Notes: generated from the letters alone by a model not told the origin. Positions 12,422-25,560 are shown, counted from the first letter of the stretch. The stretch is DNA of 64,000 bases from Eledone cirrhosa (GCA_964016885.1 OZ024761.1:1488001-1552000), one strand, 5' to 3'. Program-made: numbers and translations.

Positions 12422-13974
12422 AGAGTATTGAAGTTTGCTTGAAGCATTGTGGAATAATAAAAAAATTTGGTCGTTTTGGAAGCCTCAACAATGCAGATGG
12501 GTAAATCTCCGGGTAACAGAATCCGTTGGTGAAGAGAGAGATGTAAGAGGAAATGTAGAATGAGACGTATAGTGTGTAGAGGAACGTAGGAAAGAGTGTA
12601 AAAATAATAACACGAGATAGAGTTACCTTGGAAGAGATTTAATTGTCCCTATATTTCGGATTTCGCATCCATCAACTGGGGGTTTTTCTGAGAGGAAAGT
12701 TTTTAGTCGGGGAGGAACGGTACGTGGCCTCTGTTATCCGCCGTTTGTGTACAACTATATATATATATAAACATGTATATATGTGTCTGTATTTGTGTTT
12801 ACAGTTACGGCTTCTTCATGCCCCGTATTATAGTAGTTCGACAAGAAGAGATCGATAAAATAAGTGCTAGACTTGAAAACAGAAATTAAATCTGAGCCAA
12901 GCACGATAAAAACTAAATCCATTTTGAGAGGTTGCCCCAGCATGGTCGCGGCTTAATGACTGAAGCCAGTAAAAGAATATCTGGATCATATTCACAACAA
13001 TACATAAATATTCGAATCGGTAGAGCACCGGACTGGGGACATTATCAAAGTGTATTTGGTCTCTAAACTGAGTTAATCTGTAAAATCAGTCAAATGGTGC
13101 AATATAGACATTGAATTGGCAATATCGGTAGAGCGTCGGATAACATGTTTTGTAGCATAGAGTTACGGCCCTTTAGGTTCTGAGTTCAAATCCCACCGAG
13201 GTTAGCTTTGCTTTTCATCCGTACTTGATCGATAAAATAAAGTGATTTAATCGACTTTCCCTTCCCCATCAAATTTCTGGCCTTGTGCCTAAAGTAGTAA
13301 TAAATAATTGTTTCTACTTTTGGCACAAGGCCAACAATTACCCAAGTGCATTACTGGTACTTTTATGGTGCCTGGTGTCTGACGCACTACCGATACTACC
13401 AATAACTACAGTTAATAGGAATTCAAGAGAAGTAAATCTTGAGACTCATAAACGAAAACCTGCAAGATTTCTTTCCCTTTAGTGAATATTCTAATTTAGT
13501 TACAGGTGTTCAACGCCAGCTCTCTCAGTTGTTTGACCAGCTAAGAATACCTCGTATAAATTAAGTAAATGGGTAAAACCAGACTAAAAACCATCAACTC
13601 ATTGATAACTCTTTAATAAGACATTGCTAATGAAAATCAACGAAGAAAGTGCAGAATGAAACGTTAAACTTCATACAAATCAGGTAAGAAATATTCGATG
13701 TTTTTATCAGCAGCCCTTCCCCCATGTGGTGGACAACAGATTGTCGCATTTGGTCGTGAATTGATAAAGTTGGGGTTTTTTTCTGTGTATATGTTTATTT
13801 TGTTCTCTCGTGGTAATCATATATTTCAGAAGTTTGTAGTAATAATTAATTGTATTTATTATATGTTTATATCGGTAGAGGGTGTGACGCCATGCTTTGC
13901 AGCAAAGAGTTACGACCCTTTATGGTCTGAGTTCAAATCCCACCGAGGTTAACTTTGCCTTTCATCCTTACGGG

Positions 13975-14242
13975 CAAGGGCCTTGTTTCACAAGCCCCCC
14001 CCCCCCCCACTTTTTCAAACGTCGATGTTATATTTTTTGTTATATTGATATAATAAATTCTTTTTAAGCTTATTTTTTTTATATCCGAACTTCATTTTAA
14101 TATATAAAATTTAATTAGTGTAAAATTTTACTTATGTGATAGGGTCCGGGAAAGGCACCATAAACAATACTAACATGCTCCTTTAATAATCAACAAATGT
14201 TAATTTGTTCCCCTCACATTTTTAAGGCAAACGAGGCCCCTA
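13975..14242. mobile_element. hAT-type MITE inserted in a SINE
   Basis: Ends CAAGGGCCTTG / CGAGGCCCCTA; 8-bp TSD CTTACGGG / TTTACGGG; the SINE resumes after it. Confidence 0.6.
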
Positions 14243-14569
14243 TTTACGGGGTCGATAAAATAAAGTACCAGTAATACACTGGAATAATTGCAGGCCTTGT
14301 GCCAAAAGTAGAAACAATTATGTGTTTATATTTCCAAATAATTTGTAATGTTACTTATACAACTGTGAATAAAACACAAAAAGAGAAGTATGCACGTGTA
14401 CATAAGTGTTTATATATATATAACGGAGGAAAAGTGGTAAGGAACCAGGTGGACCATAACGCACCAAAGTACTCAATACATAGGGTAGTAGAGTGGGTAA
14501 TAGGAACGAGTAGGACCCCGACGGCTGAGCTCAAGCCGTTTCGACGGCTAATTCTGGACTAAATGAAAA

Positions 14570-15700
14570 ATTTTATACTGGTATTTGAATAGCCGAGCTT
14601 CTCAAAGGGTAATTCCATATATGGTAAAAGTGATTGTCACAAGGATTGGTCAAAAGTTTGTTGTTGAGACATAATAATTCTATGATGGCAATTTGTGGAG
14701 GGAAGGGGTAGCTGAACCTGCCAGTAGGAGAAAGAGGGAGAGGGGGTGGAGGAGACCCATTCATGCGTTGATAGTGCCGACTACAGCTGGGCTTGAGGTC
14801 AAAGAAGATACTACGGAGGGGGAGGGGGAGGAAGTCGAAACAATAAGTAGAACAATATGGGGTAAATATATAGAAAATTACCGAGAGTGTTAAAAAGCAA
14901 TTAAATGTAAAAAAAATAAACAATTTCTGGTTACTACGACCTAATTCTCTCACTGGTACTGCTAGGCTAAAGAAAGGTATACTAGGTGGGACGGAATTAT
15001 AATGAGACCCTTTTAAGAGGTATAAGTAATAAACCGAGTATATCTTACGGTGACGGGTCAACAAGTGAGGGGCCAAAATACTAAAGAAGCTACCACGAAA
15101 TAATAATAAATAAAGGTTTCCACCCCAGGCACAAGGCCAGCAACCACCCAGTGCAAAAAAGTAAACTAATACGAAATAATAATTCAGAGTCCCGAAAAAG
15201 AATACTAATACTATCTCTAAGGGTGCCGCCACGATACAAAAGTTCTAGTGCAAGCTACATAAAAGCTCGTACGAAGTATATGTAAAATTTGATACGGAAA
15301 ATTAATTCAGACCCCCCCAAAAATAAATAAATACTGATATACGAGAAATTTAAGAAAAGATACCACTAAGAAATATAGAAAGCACGGAAAAACGGGAGTA
15401 ACTCGTTAATATTTAATGAAATATTCGAAGTGTTCCTGCTTCGGACGTGATAAAAAGGAAATTATATAGAGATTTTTAAATATTTCGAAAGCACAAGCAA
15501 TCGTCAAGGACTTTATATACTAATTCCTTTCTTTCTGTGTTTGTGGCAGCTGAGTATCCATAAATAATTTTTACCCACTAAGAATCTCAATGGGGAAAAT
15601 TTTCTTCAATTTCTGCCAGTATTACAAAACAAGGTTATCTTGTAGTTACCCGCGTTAAATTGTTTTTTTTTTTAAAGATAGTCGGTAGTGTCGGTCCCAT
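14570..15700 (-). pseudogene. Highly decayed Penelope-like RT/endonuclease remnant
   Basis: The minus strand near 15500-15560 reads SCHKHRKKGI..S..RL, resembling the PLE RT-thumb SCHPxHxKKGI motif. Many stops. Confidence 0.35.
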
Positions 15701-15956
15701 GAACTTCATTTGTTTTCTAATTTGATAACTATGACTATGAAATAAAACACGTGGTGATACGGAAACAAATCGATTACGCTAAACGTAAATAAACATAAAT
15801 AAACGCGTGGTGATACGAAAATAAACGAAGGTTGACGAATGACGACAGATTGACGTCACTTTCTTCTACTTTCACTTCTGACAGCCAATTCCGTTGTAGT
15901 GCCAAGAAATCTTGCAAAACAAATTAAAAAACGAAGTATATATATATATATATATA

Positions 15957-16207
15957 AAGACAGGGGGAAGAAAAAAATGGCTTCACTTGTGCTTTCAACA
16001 AATTTATTTTCTTCACAAAATCCAAAAAGAATTTTTTTCCGGATTAGAAAAAAAAATTTTTTTAATTCTTTTTTATAAATTGAGTACCAACGACTCAATT
16101 TATAAAAAATTTTTTCTAATCCGGAAAAAAATTCTTTTTGGATTTTGTGAAGAAAATAAATTTGTTGAAAGCACAAGTGAAGCCATTTTTTTCTTCCCCC
16201 CTGTCTT
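15957..16207. mobile_element. Fold-back (palindromic) MITE-like element
   Basis: Near-perfect ~115-130-bp inverted arms (AAGACAGGGGGAAG... / ...CTTCCCCCTGTCTT) around a 7-nt loop; flanked by TA. Confidence 0.8.
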
Positions 16208-16706
16208 AATATACCTAACTGTACCAAGGATTACACACATTTTCCAATATATATATATCATCATCATCATCATTTTACGTCCGCTTTTCCCTGTTTGCAA
16301 GGGTATATATATAATTAGTTGCAACAGTGACAAATACAGGTACTTGAGTTTCGTTGGGTTACACCCCAACTCATTCAGCCTATTATAAAAAGGCTGATTG
16401 AGTTGGGTTGTAACTAATTGTACTTAACTCGTCCTATGGACTGGGTGTTCTTTCTTACCTTTAGATATTTCTACCAAACTTTTACAAGTGTGTATATAAA
16501 TATATATATATATAGGAAAAGAGTCAGGACCCCAACGGCTGAGCTCCAGCTGTTTCGACAGCTAGATCCGGATCTTGCCCTCTTCGAAACGGCCGGAGCT
16601 CAGCCGTCAGGGTCTTGACTCTTTTCCTATTACCCACTTTACTACCCAAGTATCGAGTACTCTGGTGCGTTATGGTCCACCTGGTATCTTACCACACCAT
16701 CTCTGA

Positions 16707-17015
16707 TATCATCATCATCATCATCATCACCGTTTTACGTCCGTTCTTCCACGCTAGCATGGGTTAGACAGGTTGTCCTGTTGTGGGCAGTGTCTGGTCG
16801 GCTGACCATGCCTTGCTCATACAGGAACTGATCTGGCTTGATTTCTACAGCTGGATGCCCTTCCTAACACCAACCTCATTTACAGTGAGTGCTGGGTGCT
16901 TTTTCGTGGCGCCTACACGTCCACTTTACAGTGTGGGCTGGGTGCTTTTTTGCCGTGGCACCTCCACGACCACCTTGCGGTGGGGGGAGTGGGGGCATAT
17001 TGTTTATATGCTTCA

Positions 17016-17018
<3 letters not shown>
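16707..17018 (-). mobile_element. RTE-tailed SINE-like element (also ~24850-24962, 25620-25850, 26120-26497, 37303-37572, 60075-60200)
   Basis: Shares GTTAGGAAGGGCATCCAGCTGTAGAAA...CCCATGCTAGCGTGGAA...(GAT)n with the 3' UTR of the RTE LINEs ending at 28822 and 54533. Confidence 0.75.
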
Positions 17019-17079
<61 letters not shown>

Positions 17080-17339
17080 ATAGAACCAGTTTAAAACTAG
17101 TTAGGCCATTACTCAACATAGTACTCGATACTTGAGGCAGTAGAGTATGGTTATATTAGCCTAATATATATATTATATATCTAATCTAATCTAATCTGGC
17201 CGAGTTGGTACTCGTAAATAAGAAGAACCAGGGCTGCCCTAGGCGCATTGGATTTGCTGTACTGAATACAATCAGGGGGCGCTGCTTCTCCTGAAGGTCA
17301 ATAGTTCTCTTCTAACTCGAGCGTGAGCGTTTTTCCATT

Positions 17340-17588
17340 GATCATCTGCAAAGCCGCATTGTTCTCAGAAGAACCATTACACCAGTCTTTTGATGCGTGC
17401 AGCTGGAACCACTGCCACCTATTGATTTGGCAGGATCGCAACTCATTTCTACGGCTTAGTAAACTGGAGCAACGTGAAAAATAAAGTGTCTTGCTCAAGG
17501 ACACAACACATCACCCGGTCCGAGAATTGTAATCACAACCTTTTGATTGCAAGCCCAATGCTCTAACCACTAAGTCATGTGCTTTCAT
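17340..17588 (-). mobile_element. tRNA-derived CORE/V-type SINE (related copies ~32080-32345 +, 60205-60480 +)
   Basis: tRNA-like head TAGTGGTTAGAGC, then GTGTCCTTGAGCAAGACACTTT. The 60205 copy has GGTTCGATTCC and CCCTGTGATGG..CATCCTGTCCAGGGG. Confidence 0.65.
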
Positions 17589-17790
17589 TAATATATATAT
17601 TATATATATATATTTTTTAAATTCATCAGTAATATACTTTACATCTCAATAAACAAGATTGCTTTGAATCTAATTCAGAGAAGCTTATAAATATACAAAT
17701 ATCTTAACTAAGGCATGGAGCAACTCTAGCTTTAGATTACTTAATACAAGTTGGGACGCCAATGGCTGAACTCAGCTCTCAGGGTCCTGG

Positions 17791-17827
<37 letters not shown>

Positions 17828-18903
17828 TTAAACACCACGTATATGTGTGTCTGTAAATTTTGTTTACATTTATGGCTTCTTCGTGCCCTGTAATGTGGCA
17901 GTTCGTCAAGAAGAGATTGATAAAATAAGTGCCAGAAATCAAATCTGAGCTAAATCCATTTTTAAGAGGTTGCCCCAGCATGACCGCGACCCAATGACTG
18001 AAACCAGTAAAAAATATATCTGGATCATATTCACAACACTACATAAATATTTGAGTCGGTAGAGCACTGGACATTTACTGGATCTAACAAATTGTGTGAT
18101 ATTTTGAAATATCTAATTTTTTTCATTTGAAAATCTCTTTTGTTTCTGTAAAATTTAAAATTGTTTCAATACAAACTTCAAAGAACTTCAAGTTTTATAA
18201 ATTATAAGCCTGTGTGTGATATATGTATGATATATATTTGTATCATCATCATCATCATCGTTTAATGTCTGCTTTCCCTGCTAGCAAGGGTTGGATGAGT
18301 CTACATAGACTGAGTCAATACTGAAGTGAGGCTACTGACCTCTCAGACAGGTCAAGGGGGCTGCCTTACGTATTGAGTGGTGAGGAGAGGTTGTCTTTGT
18401 CTTTTGACATATAGGTATGTATGATGTATGTAAATGTATACATTATGTATGACTGTGTGTGTATGTATATATTATGTTTATATGTGTATGATATGTATAC
18501 CTTATATATGGATTGGCAGTATCGGTAGAGGATCGGACGCCATGCTTTGCAACAAAGAGTTACGGCCCTTTATGGTATGTGTTCAAATCCCGCCGAGGTT
18601 AACTTTGCCTTTCATCCTTACGGGGGTCGATAAAATAAAGTACCAGTAATACACTGGGTAATGGTTGGCCTTGTGCCAAAAGTAGAAACAATTATATATA
18701 TATATATATTGCGGTTTCTGTCCCTTGTGGTTTGAACACATATAGTTATATATCTGTGATTGTCTCTCTTTACTGTGTTATAATCTTGGAAACATTTTTT
18801 TTCCTCGAGCTAATTTGATTATAAGGGACTATTGTGAGGTTTTAACTCAATATATATATATGTATTGAACAATATATTAATAAATGGAAACTATATTTAT
18901 AAT

Positions 18904-18968
18904 TATTTTATTATATATATTTCAAGGGCAACCAAGGTAAATTATGGTGCGCTTTCATCAGATAAAAT
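18904..18968 (-). ncRNA. Type I hammerhead ribozyme in a PLE pseudo-LTR remnant (~18870-19125)
   Basis: ATTTTAT-CTGATGA-stem II-GAAA-TATATA-TA-ATAAAAT; homologous to 37163-37227. Confidence 0.65.
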
Positions 18969-19576
18969 GCAGATTTGTTTTATAAATAAATATTGACATA
19001 CCCGGAAAAAAGACAACCTCAACGGTTGAAATTCGCTTACTCCACCTATTGTTGAGTGCTTTTAATAAGTTATAAACATTTTAAAGCTTGTTGAATCCCA
19101 ACAAATTAAATATAACCTCTGCATATATATGTAGTGTATATTTAACAATATACAGTATATTTATATGTATACTATGTATACAACATTATGTGTATGTATA
19201 GGGCGGTGAATTGGCAGTATCGGTAGAGGGTTGGCCGCCATGCTCTCTAGCATAGTTACGTCCCTTTACAGTCTGAGTCCAAATCCCGCCGAGGTTAACT
19301 TTGCTTTTCATCCTTACGGAGTCGATAAAATAAAGTACCAGTAATGTACTGGGTAATTGCTGGCCTTGTGTCTAAAGTAGAAACAATTATGTGTATGTAT
19401 ATATATATATATGTATACATTTGGTGTATATATGTATATATGTATACATTGTGTGTGTATATGCATGGAATTCTGTTGATATATTTTTTTAAAACTCTAG
19501 GATTTCCTGGATCAAGAAGCATTTCCTGGAAAATCTAAAATTCTTTAAAACAAACTTGGAAAACTGTATATTGAAC

Positions 19577-21453
19577 ATTTCCTGGATAGTTCTATCCAAA
19601 CTAAATCACTCACTGCTGTAAATTATGTCTGACAAACCTCAAATGTTCTAAATGTAGCAATGTTTTGTCCAAGAGTCCATTTTCCTGGATAGTTGTATCC
19701 AAACTGAATCACTCACTGCTGTAAATTATGCCTGACTGACCCAGAATGTTCTAAATGTAGCAATGTTTTGTCCAAGAGTCCATTTTCCTGGATAGTTCTA
19801 TCCAAACTGAATCATTTACTGCTGTAAATTATGTCTGACAAACCCCAAATGTTCTAAATGTAGCAATATTTTGTCCAAGAGTCCATTTTCCTGGATAGTT
19901 GTATACAAACTGAATCACTCACTGCTGTAAATTATGCCTGACTGACCCAGAATGTTCTAAATGTAGCAATGTTTTGTTCAAGAGTCCATTTTCCTGGATA
20001 GTTCTATCCAAACTGAATCACTCACTGCTGTAAATTATGCCTGACTGACCCAGAATGTTCTAAATGTAGCAATGTTTTGTCCAAGAGTCCATTTTCCTGG
20101 ATAGTTCTATCCAAACTGAATCACTCACTGCTGTAAATTATGCCTGACTGACCCAGAATGTTCTAAATGTAGCAATGTTTTGTCCAAGAGTCCATTTTCC
20201 TGGATAGTTGTATCCAAACTGAATCATTTACTGCTGTAAATTATGTCTGACAAACCCCAAATGTTCTAAATGTAGCAATGTTTTGTCCAAGAGTCCATTT
20301 TCCTGGATAGTTGTATCCAAACTGAATCACTCACTGCTGTAAATTATGCCTGACTGACCCAGAATGTTCTAAATGTAGCAATGTTTTGTCCAAGAGTCCA
20401 TTTTCCTGGATAGTTCTATCCAAACTGAATCACTCACTGCTGTAAATTATGTCTGACTGACCCAGAATGTTCTAAATGTAGCAATGTTTTGTCCAAGAGT
20501 CCATTTTCCTGGATAGTTGTATCCAAACTGAATCACTCACTGCTGTAAATTATGCCTGACTGACCCAGAATGTTCTAAATGTAGCAATGTTTTGTCCAAG
20601 AGTCCATTTTCCTGGATAGTTGTATCCAAACTGAATCACTCACTGCTGTAAATTATGCCTGACTGACCCAGAATGTTCTAAATGTAGCAATGTTTTGTCC
20701 AAGAGTCCATTTTCCTGGATAGTTCTATCCAAACTGAATCACTCACTGCTGTAAATTATGCCTGACTGACCCAGAATGTTCTAAATGTAGCAATGTTTTG
20801 TCCAAGAGTCCATTTTCCTGGATAGTTGTATCCAAACTGAATCACTCACTGCTGTAAATTATGCTTGACTGACCCAGAATGTTCTAAATGTAGCAATGTT
20901 TTGTCCAAGAGTCCATTTTCCTGGATAGTTCTATCCAAACTGAATCACTCACTGCTGTAAATTATGTCTGACTGACCCAGAATGTTCTAAATGTAGCAAT
21001 GTTTTGTCCAAGAGTCCATTTTCCTGGATAGTTGTATCCAAACTGAATCACTCACTGCTGTAAATTATGCCTGACTGACCCAGAATGTTCTAAATGTAGC
21101 AATGTTTTGTCCAAGAGTCCATTTTCCTGGATAGTTCTATCCAAACTGAATCACTCACTGCTGTAAATTATGTCTGACTGACCCAGAATGTTCTAAATGT
21201 AGCAATGTTTTGTCCAAGAGTCCATTTTCCTGGATAGTTCTATCCAAACTGAATCATTTACTGCTGTAAATTATGTCTGACAAACCCCAAATGTTCTAAA
21301 TGTAGCAATGTTTTGTCCAAGAGTCCATTTTCCTGGAAAGTTCTTTCCAAACTGAATCATTCACTACTGTAAATTATGTCTGACAAACCCCAAACGTTCT
21401 AAATGTAGCAATGTTTTGTCCAAGAGTCCATTTTCCTGGATAGTTGTATCCAA
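19577..21453 (-). repeat. 103-bp tandem array (~18 copies) derived from the end of the UBX CDS
   Basis: AAGAGTCCAT recurs at 19671, 19774, ... with period 103. The rightmost unit is the coding LDTTIQENGLLDKTLLHLERLGFVRHNLQ-stop. Confidence 0.95.
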
Positions 21454-22316
21454 ACCAAGCTCGACACGTGGCATGTTGCAGACCAGCTGGTAGTCCGAAA
21501 GATTCTGTCTGCTCTCAAGCTCAGCAAACCTCCGTACTGCACGGCAAGTTTCCTCTGGGTGAAAACACTTTTGAATACGTTGGCTGTTGGGTAACTTTAC
21601 AGCTAATAGGATAGTTTGTTTGGTCCTTTGGACTGAGGCTACTGTTGAAATGGGGGTTGTATCACAGTTCAAAGATTCCAGCTTTGAAATTAGTTGAGAA
21701 GCTGATGAAGATGTAGACAACCCACTCTTGCCAGTCTCGTCTAAATGAAGATTTAATGGTAAACCTCCAAAACCTACTGGTTCATCTGGGACTGTTTCAA
21801 AATCTATGTCTTCATTTCTGTACAATTGGGGTCCTCCTTCACAATTATGATTACGTACATTGACTCTAGTGGCTGTAGTGCCATGCTTCAACAACTGTTG
21901 TTTGTCTGTAGTGCCACGCTTCAACGTCTGTTGTTTGTCTGTAGTGCCACGCTTCAACGACTGCTGTTTGTCTGTATAGTCACGCTTCAATGACTGCGGT
22001 TTGTCTGTATAGTCACACTTCAACGACTGTTGTTTGTCTGTAGTGCCACGCTTCAACGACTGTTGTTTGTCTGTATAGTCACGCTTCAACGTCCGTTCTT
22101 TGTCTGTATAGTCACACTTCAACGACTGCTGTTTGTCTGTAGTGTCACAATAAGATGGTGGTTTAACACAGCCTGGCTCTCCAGAACTGATGGTTGGTAT
22201 ATGTACGTCTCTGGGGATAGGAGTGGAGGACTTTGGTCTTATGGCTGGCAGTGGCATATATCTGGACAGCGAGGAAGACTTCAGCGGGCTGACATTTCCA
22301 AAGAAACCATCATCAT
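21364..22316 (-). CDS. UBXN10: UBX domain-containing protein 10-like, last coding exon
   Basis: Acceptor TTCTTTCTTCAG before 22316, phase 1. SSSLSRYMPLPAI matches the UBXN10 SSLNKYPVLPSI motif. C-terminal UBX domain ILLAVKLPNSQRIQKCFHPEET...NMPRVELGLDTTIQENGLLDKTLLHLE. Confidence 0.8.
21875..22145 (-). repeat. In-frame 33-bp coding minisatellite, 8 x [T/Y]TDKQQSLK[R/C][D/G]
   Basis: Visible in the translation of ORF 21364..22257. Confidence 0.95.
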
Positions 22317-22424
22317 CTGAAGAAAGAAGACAAATAAAGTTATAAACAACATTATTTCTGGATTGGCAGTATCGGTAGAGGGTCGGACACCATGCTTTGC
22401 AGCATAGAGTAACACGCGTATTAA

Positions 22425-22854
22425 TCTATATATATATAAATTTGAGCGACTTCCCTCTGTCCGTCCGTCAAACAATGTGTGTGTATGTTTGTGTGAATGC
22501 ATTTGTGTGTAAAAGGAAAGGAGGGGATGATGAAAAAGCTATAGCAAAACAGCAGCTGGTGTTACATTTGCTATGCTGTGTGAGTGTATGTGTGTGTGTT
22601 TGTTTGTGTGAATGCATGTGTATTTGTGTAAATGTATGTGTGTGTAAATGTATGTGTGTGTGTGTAAATGTATGTGTGTGATAGTGTGTTTGTGTGAATA
22701 TATGTCTGTGAGTGTGTATTTTTGTAAGTGTGTCTGTGTTTGCATGTTTATATTTATATACTCATACATATAAATGTATGCATATGCACATACACACACA
22801 CACACACACACATATATATACACATACATGTCAGTGTGTTGAAAAAAATTCTAG
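22425..22854 (+). mobile_element. Short non-autonomous Helitron (second copy 37882-38093, minus)
   Basis: Both copies have A|TC...CTAG|T boundaries, a TCTA(T/C)A..TATAAATTTGA start and a shared internal TATAGCAAAACAGCAG segment. Confidence 0.7.
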
Positions 22855-22886
22855 TTATATATGATTCACAATATACAGCCAATGTT

Positions 22887-23088
22887 TTACCCCTTTAGCA
22901 TTTAAACCGGCCAGATCCAGCCAGAATTCTCTTACTTCTTTCTGTTCAAACCAGCCATAACTGACTGTTCATACTGATGTTAAGGTATTGTTCCCAAAAT
23001 AAATAATATCAAAATCTCAGATTCGATAGTATGTGAGATAAAGCCTTTACCATGAAAATACAATAGTATATATAGAGTAAAGGGTTAA
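22887..23088. mobile_element. piggyBac-type (TTAA) MITE, ~200 bp (family copies 30580-31841, 40083-41522, 61452-61647)
   Basis: TTAA-CCCTTTAGCATTTA ... TAAAGGG-TTAA termini and a shared internal sequence. Confidence 0.75.
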
Positions 23089-23722
23089 ATTAGGCAATGG
23101 GTGAAGGTTACATCACATGTGGTATTAAATTGGACAATGGGTGAAGGTTACATCACATGTGGTATTAAATTGGACAATGTGTGAAGGTTACATCATGTGG
23201 TATTAAATTGGACAATGGGTGAAGGTTACATCACATGTGGTATTAAATTGGACAATGGGTGAAGGTTACATCACATGTGGTATTAAATTGGACAATGGGT
23301 GATGATTACATTACATGTGATATTAAATTGGACAATGGGTGAAGGCTGCAACACATGTGGTATTAAATTGGACAATGGGTGAAAGCTACAACACGTGGTA
23401 TTAAATTGGACAATGGCTGATGGTTACACCACCTGTGGTATTAAATTGGACAATAGGTGAAGGCTACAGCACATGTGGTATCAAATTGGATAATGTGTGA
23501 AGGCTACAACACATGTGGTATTAAATTGGACAATGGGTGAAGGCTACATCACATATGGTATTAAATTGGACAACGGGTGAAGGCTACATCACATATTAAA
23601 TTGGGCTGGGTGAAGGCTACAACACATGTGGTATTAAATTGGACAGTGGGTGAAGGATACAACACATATGGTATTAAATTGGATAATGGGTGAAGACTAC
23701 AACACATGTGGTATTAAATTGG
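23085..23722. repeat. 40-bp minisatellite (~16 copies), interrupted by an RTE fragment and resuming at ~24190
   Basis: Unit GGTATTAAATTGGACAATGGGTGAAGGTTACATCACATGT. Confidence 0.95.
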
Positions 23723-24190
23723 CTGGTTATATGATGCCTGTGTGAGATGCGCTATGCTGCATGGTAGTGAGACATGGGCAACAACTGCAGAGGATATGCG
23801 ACGGTTGGAGAGAAATGAAGCAGGCATGCTCTGTTGGATGTGCATTGTCAATGTGCGTGAACAACCAAGCATAGATAGGTTGAGAGAGAAACTGTGTATA
23901 AGAGGGATAAGTTGTAGTGTGCAGGAGAGAAGGCTGAGATGGTATGGACATGTGATGTGCTTGGAGGATGACCGCTGGGTAAAGAAGTGCCAAGAAATCC
24001 CAGTAGAAGGAAGACGCAGTAGAGGAAGACCACGGAAAACATGGGCGGAGGTGGTGAGAGCAGACCTCAGATCACTGAAGCTCACAGAGGAGATGACAAG
24101 GGACCGCGATGAATGGAGAGATGCCATGCTTAATAAGACCCGTCCCACCCTTGCAAGCAGGGAAAAGCGGACATAAAATGATGATGATGA
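23723..24190 (+). mobile_element. 5'-truncated RTE LINE 3' end (further copies 24250-24428 and 29155-29598 minus)
   Basis: MLHGSETW...[10 protein letters not shown]...GRRSRGRPRKTW...RDRDEWR; (GAT)n tail. Confidence 0.9.
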
Positions 24191-24502
24191 ATGGGTGAAG
24201 GCTACAACACATGTATTAAATTGGGCTGTGTGAAGAAATGATAAGTAATCCCAGTAGAGGAAAACTTTAGAAAACATGGGTGGAGGTGGTGAGAGCTGAA
24301 GCTCACAGAGGAGATGATGAAGGACCATGAAGAGGTCAGTGATGCTGTACTGAAGAGGACCTGTCCCACCCTTGCAAGCAGGGAACAGCAGACGTAAAAT
24401 GATGATGATGATGATGATGATGATGATGGGCAATAATGAGTATTTCTCTCAATGAACTTAACTCATTGATTACAATCAGAAGATGTAGAGCAACACAGTT
24501 AC

Positions 24503-24722
24503 CTGATTGTACTGGACTGTTAAAAATGTCTAACTGTTGAGTAAAAACAGTAGCACCATATGATTGTGGTATCCGTGAAGGTCGTGATGACTGTGTTGAT
24601 GGAGGTCGTGGTGGGGGTGTTGGTGGAGGATGTGGTTGGTGCAGGAATTCGTGGTGTCTGGAGGCTCTCATACCCACCGAAGATTTACTGAGGTAACTGT
24701 CCGACATTGTTCGGTGATCCAT
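24503..24722 (-). CDS. UBXN10: UBXN10-like upstream coding exon (exon acceptor at 24768; first in-frame ATG 24722)
   Basis: Acceptor TTTCTTCTGCAG and donor CAG|GTAACT. Phase 1 joins in frame to 22316 (..QS-D-DDGFFGNVSPLK). Pro-rich peptide. The true start could lie in an upstream exon. Confidence 0.65.
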
Positions 24723-25019
24723 GGAATCTTCTTTTCTTCGCTGACTTTCGAAAGAGCTGAATGGATGGCTGCAGAAGAAATTTTATATGCATTAAATATG
24801 TATAAAAATATATATGTGTGTGTGTGTGTATGCATATATTTATATATATACCAGTTCCTGTATGAGCAAGACAAGGTCAGCCGACCAGATACTGCCCACA
24901 ACAGGACAACTCGTCTAACCCATGCTAGCGTGGAAGAACGGACATAAAATGGTGATGATGATATGTATATATATATATATAAATAAATATATATGTATAT
25001 ATATATGTGTGTGTGTGCT

Positions 25020-25057
<38 letters not shown>

Positions 25058-25362
25058 CATGTGTGTATGCATATATATATATATATACACATATATACAC
25101 ACACACGCATATGTGTATATATATATATATTTATTTATTATAAATACAGATTAAAGTTTGAGCAGAGAATCGCTGCTTTCACCCTTAACGAGATTCAGAA
25201 GATCCCATTAAGGGTGAAGCAGCGATTCTTTGCTTAAACTTTAATCTGTATTTATAATAAATATTTGCTCAAAGGGTTTTTATATATATGTATATATAAT
25301 CCTTATTGAGCCCTCTTCGGATTTTAGTCTTCACATTTATTATTACTATATAAATATATATA

Positions 25363-25560
25363 TTGTTATACTTTGAGAGGGTCATGTTGTCAATAAAAAA
25401 CACACACACCTGTTGGATTTCACTTTAATTTATTATAAACTCCCAGTCGGTTAAATTAATAACTGGATGGTTGTTTAGTTGCTGATTATCATCAAAACTC
25501 TTTCACCACACATTCTGTGACCTCCTCAGTGACTACTATTGTTGTTATTTTGTGTCTCTC
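25363..25560 (-). mobile_element. PLE pseudo-LTR remnant with degenerate HHR (same family as 47057-47320)
   Basis: TTGTTATACTTTGAGAGGGTCATGTTG tail; minus-strand CTGAGGA-GGTCACAGAATGTGTGGT-GAAA at ~25501-25529. Confidence 0.65.

Noticed and set aside
14573-15232. 219-aa hydrophobic ORF as a host gene
   Set aside because: Non-ATG start, no domain, and it lies in a decayed AT-rich transposon-like region.
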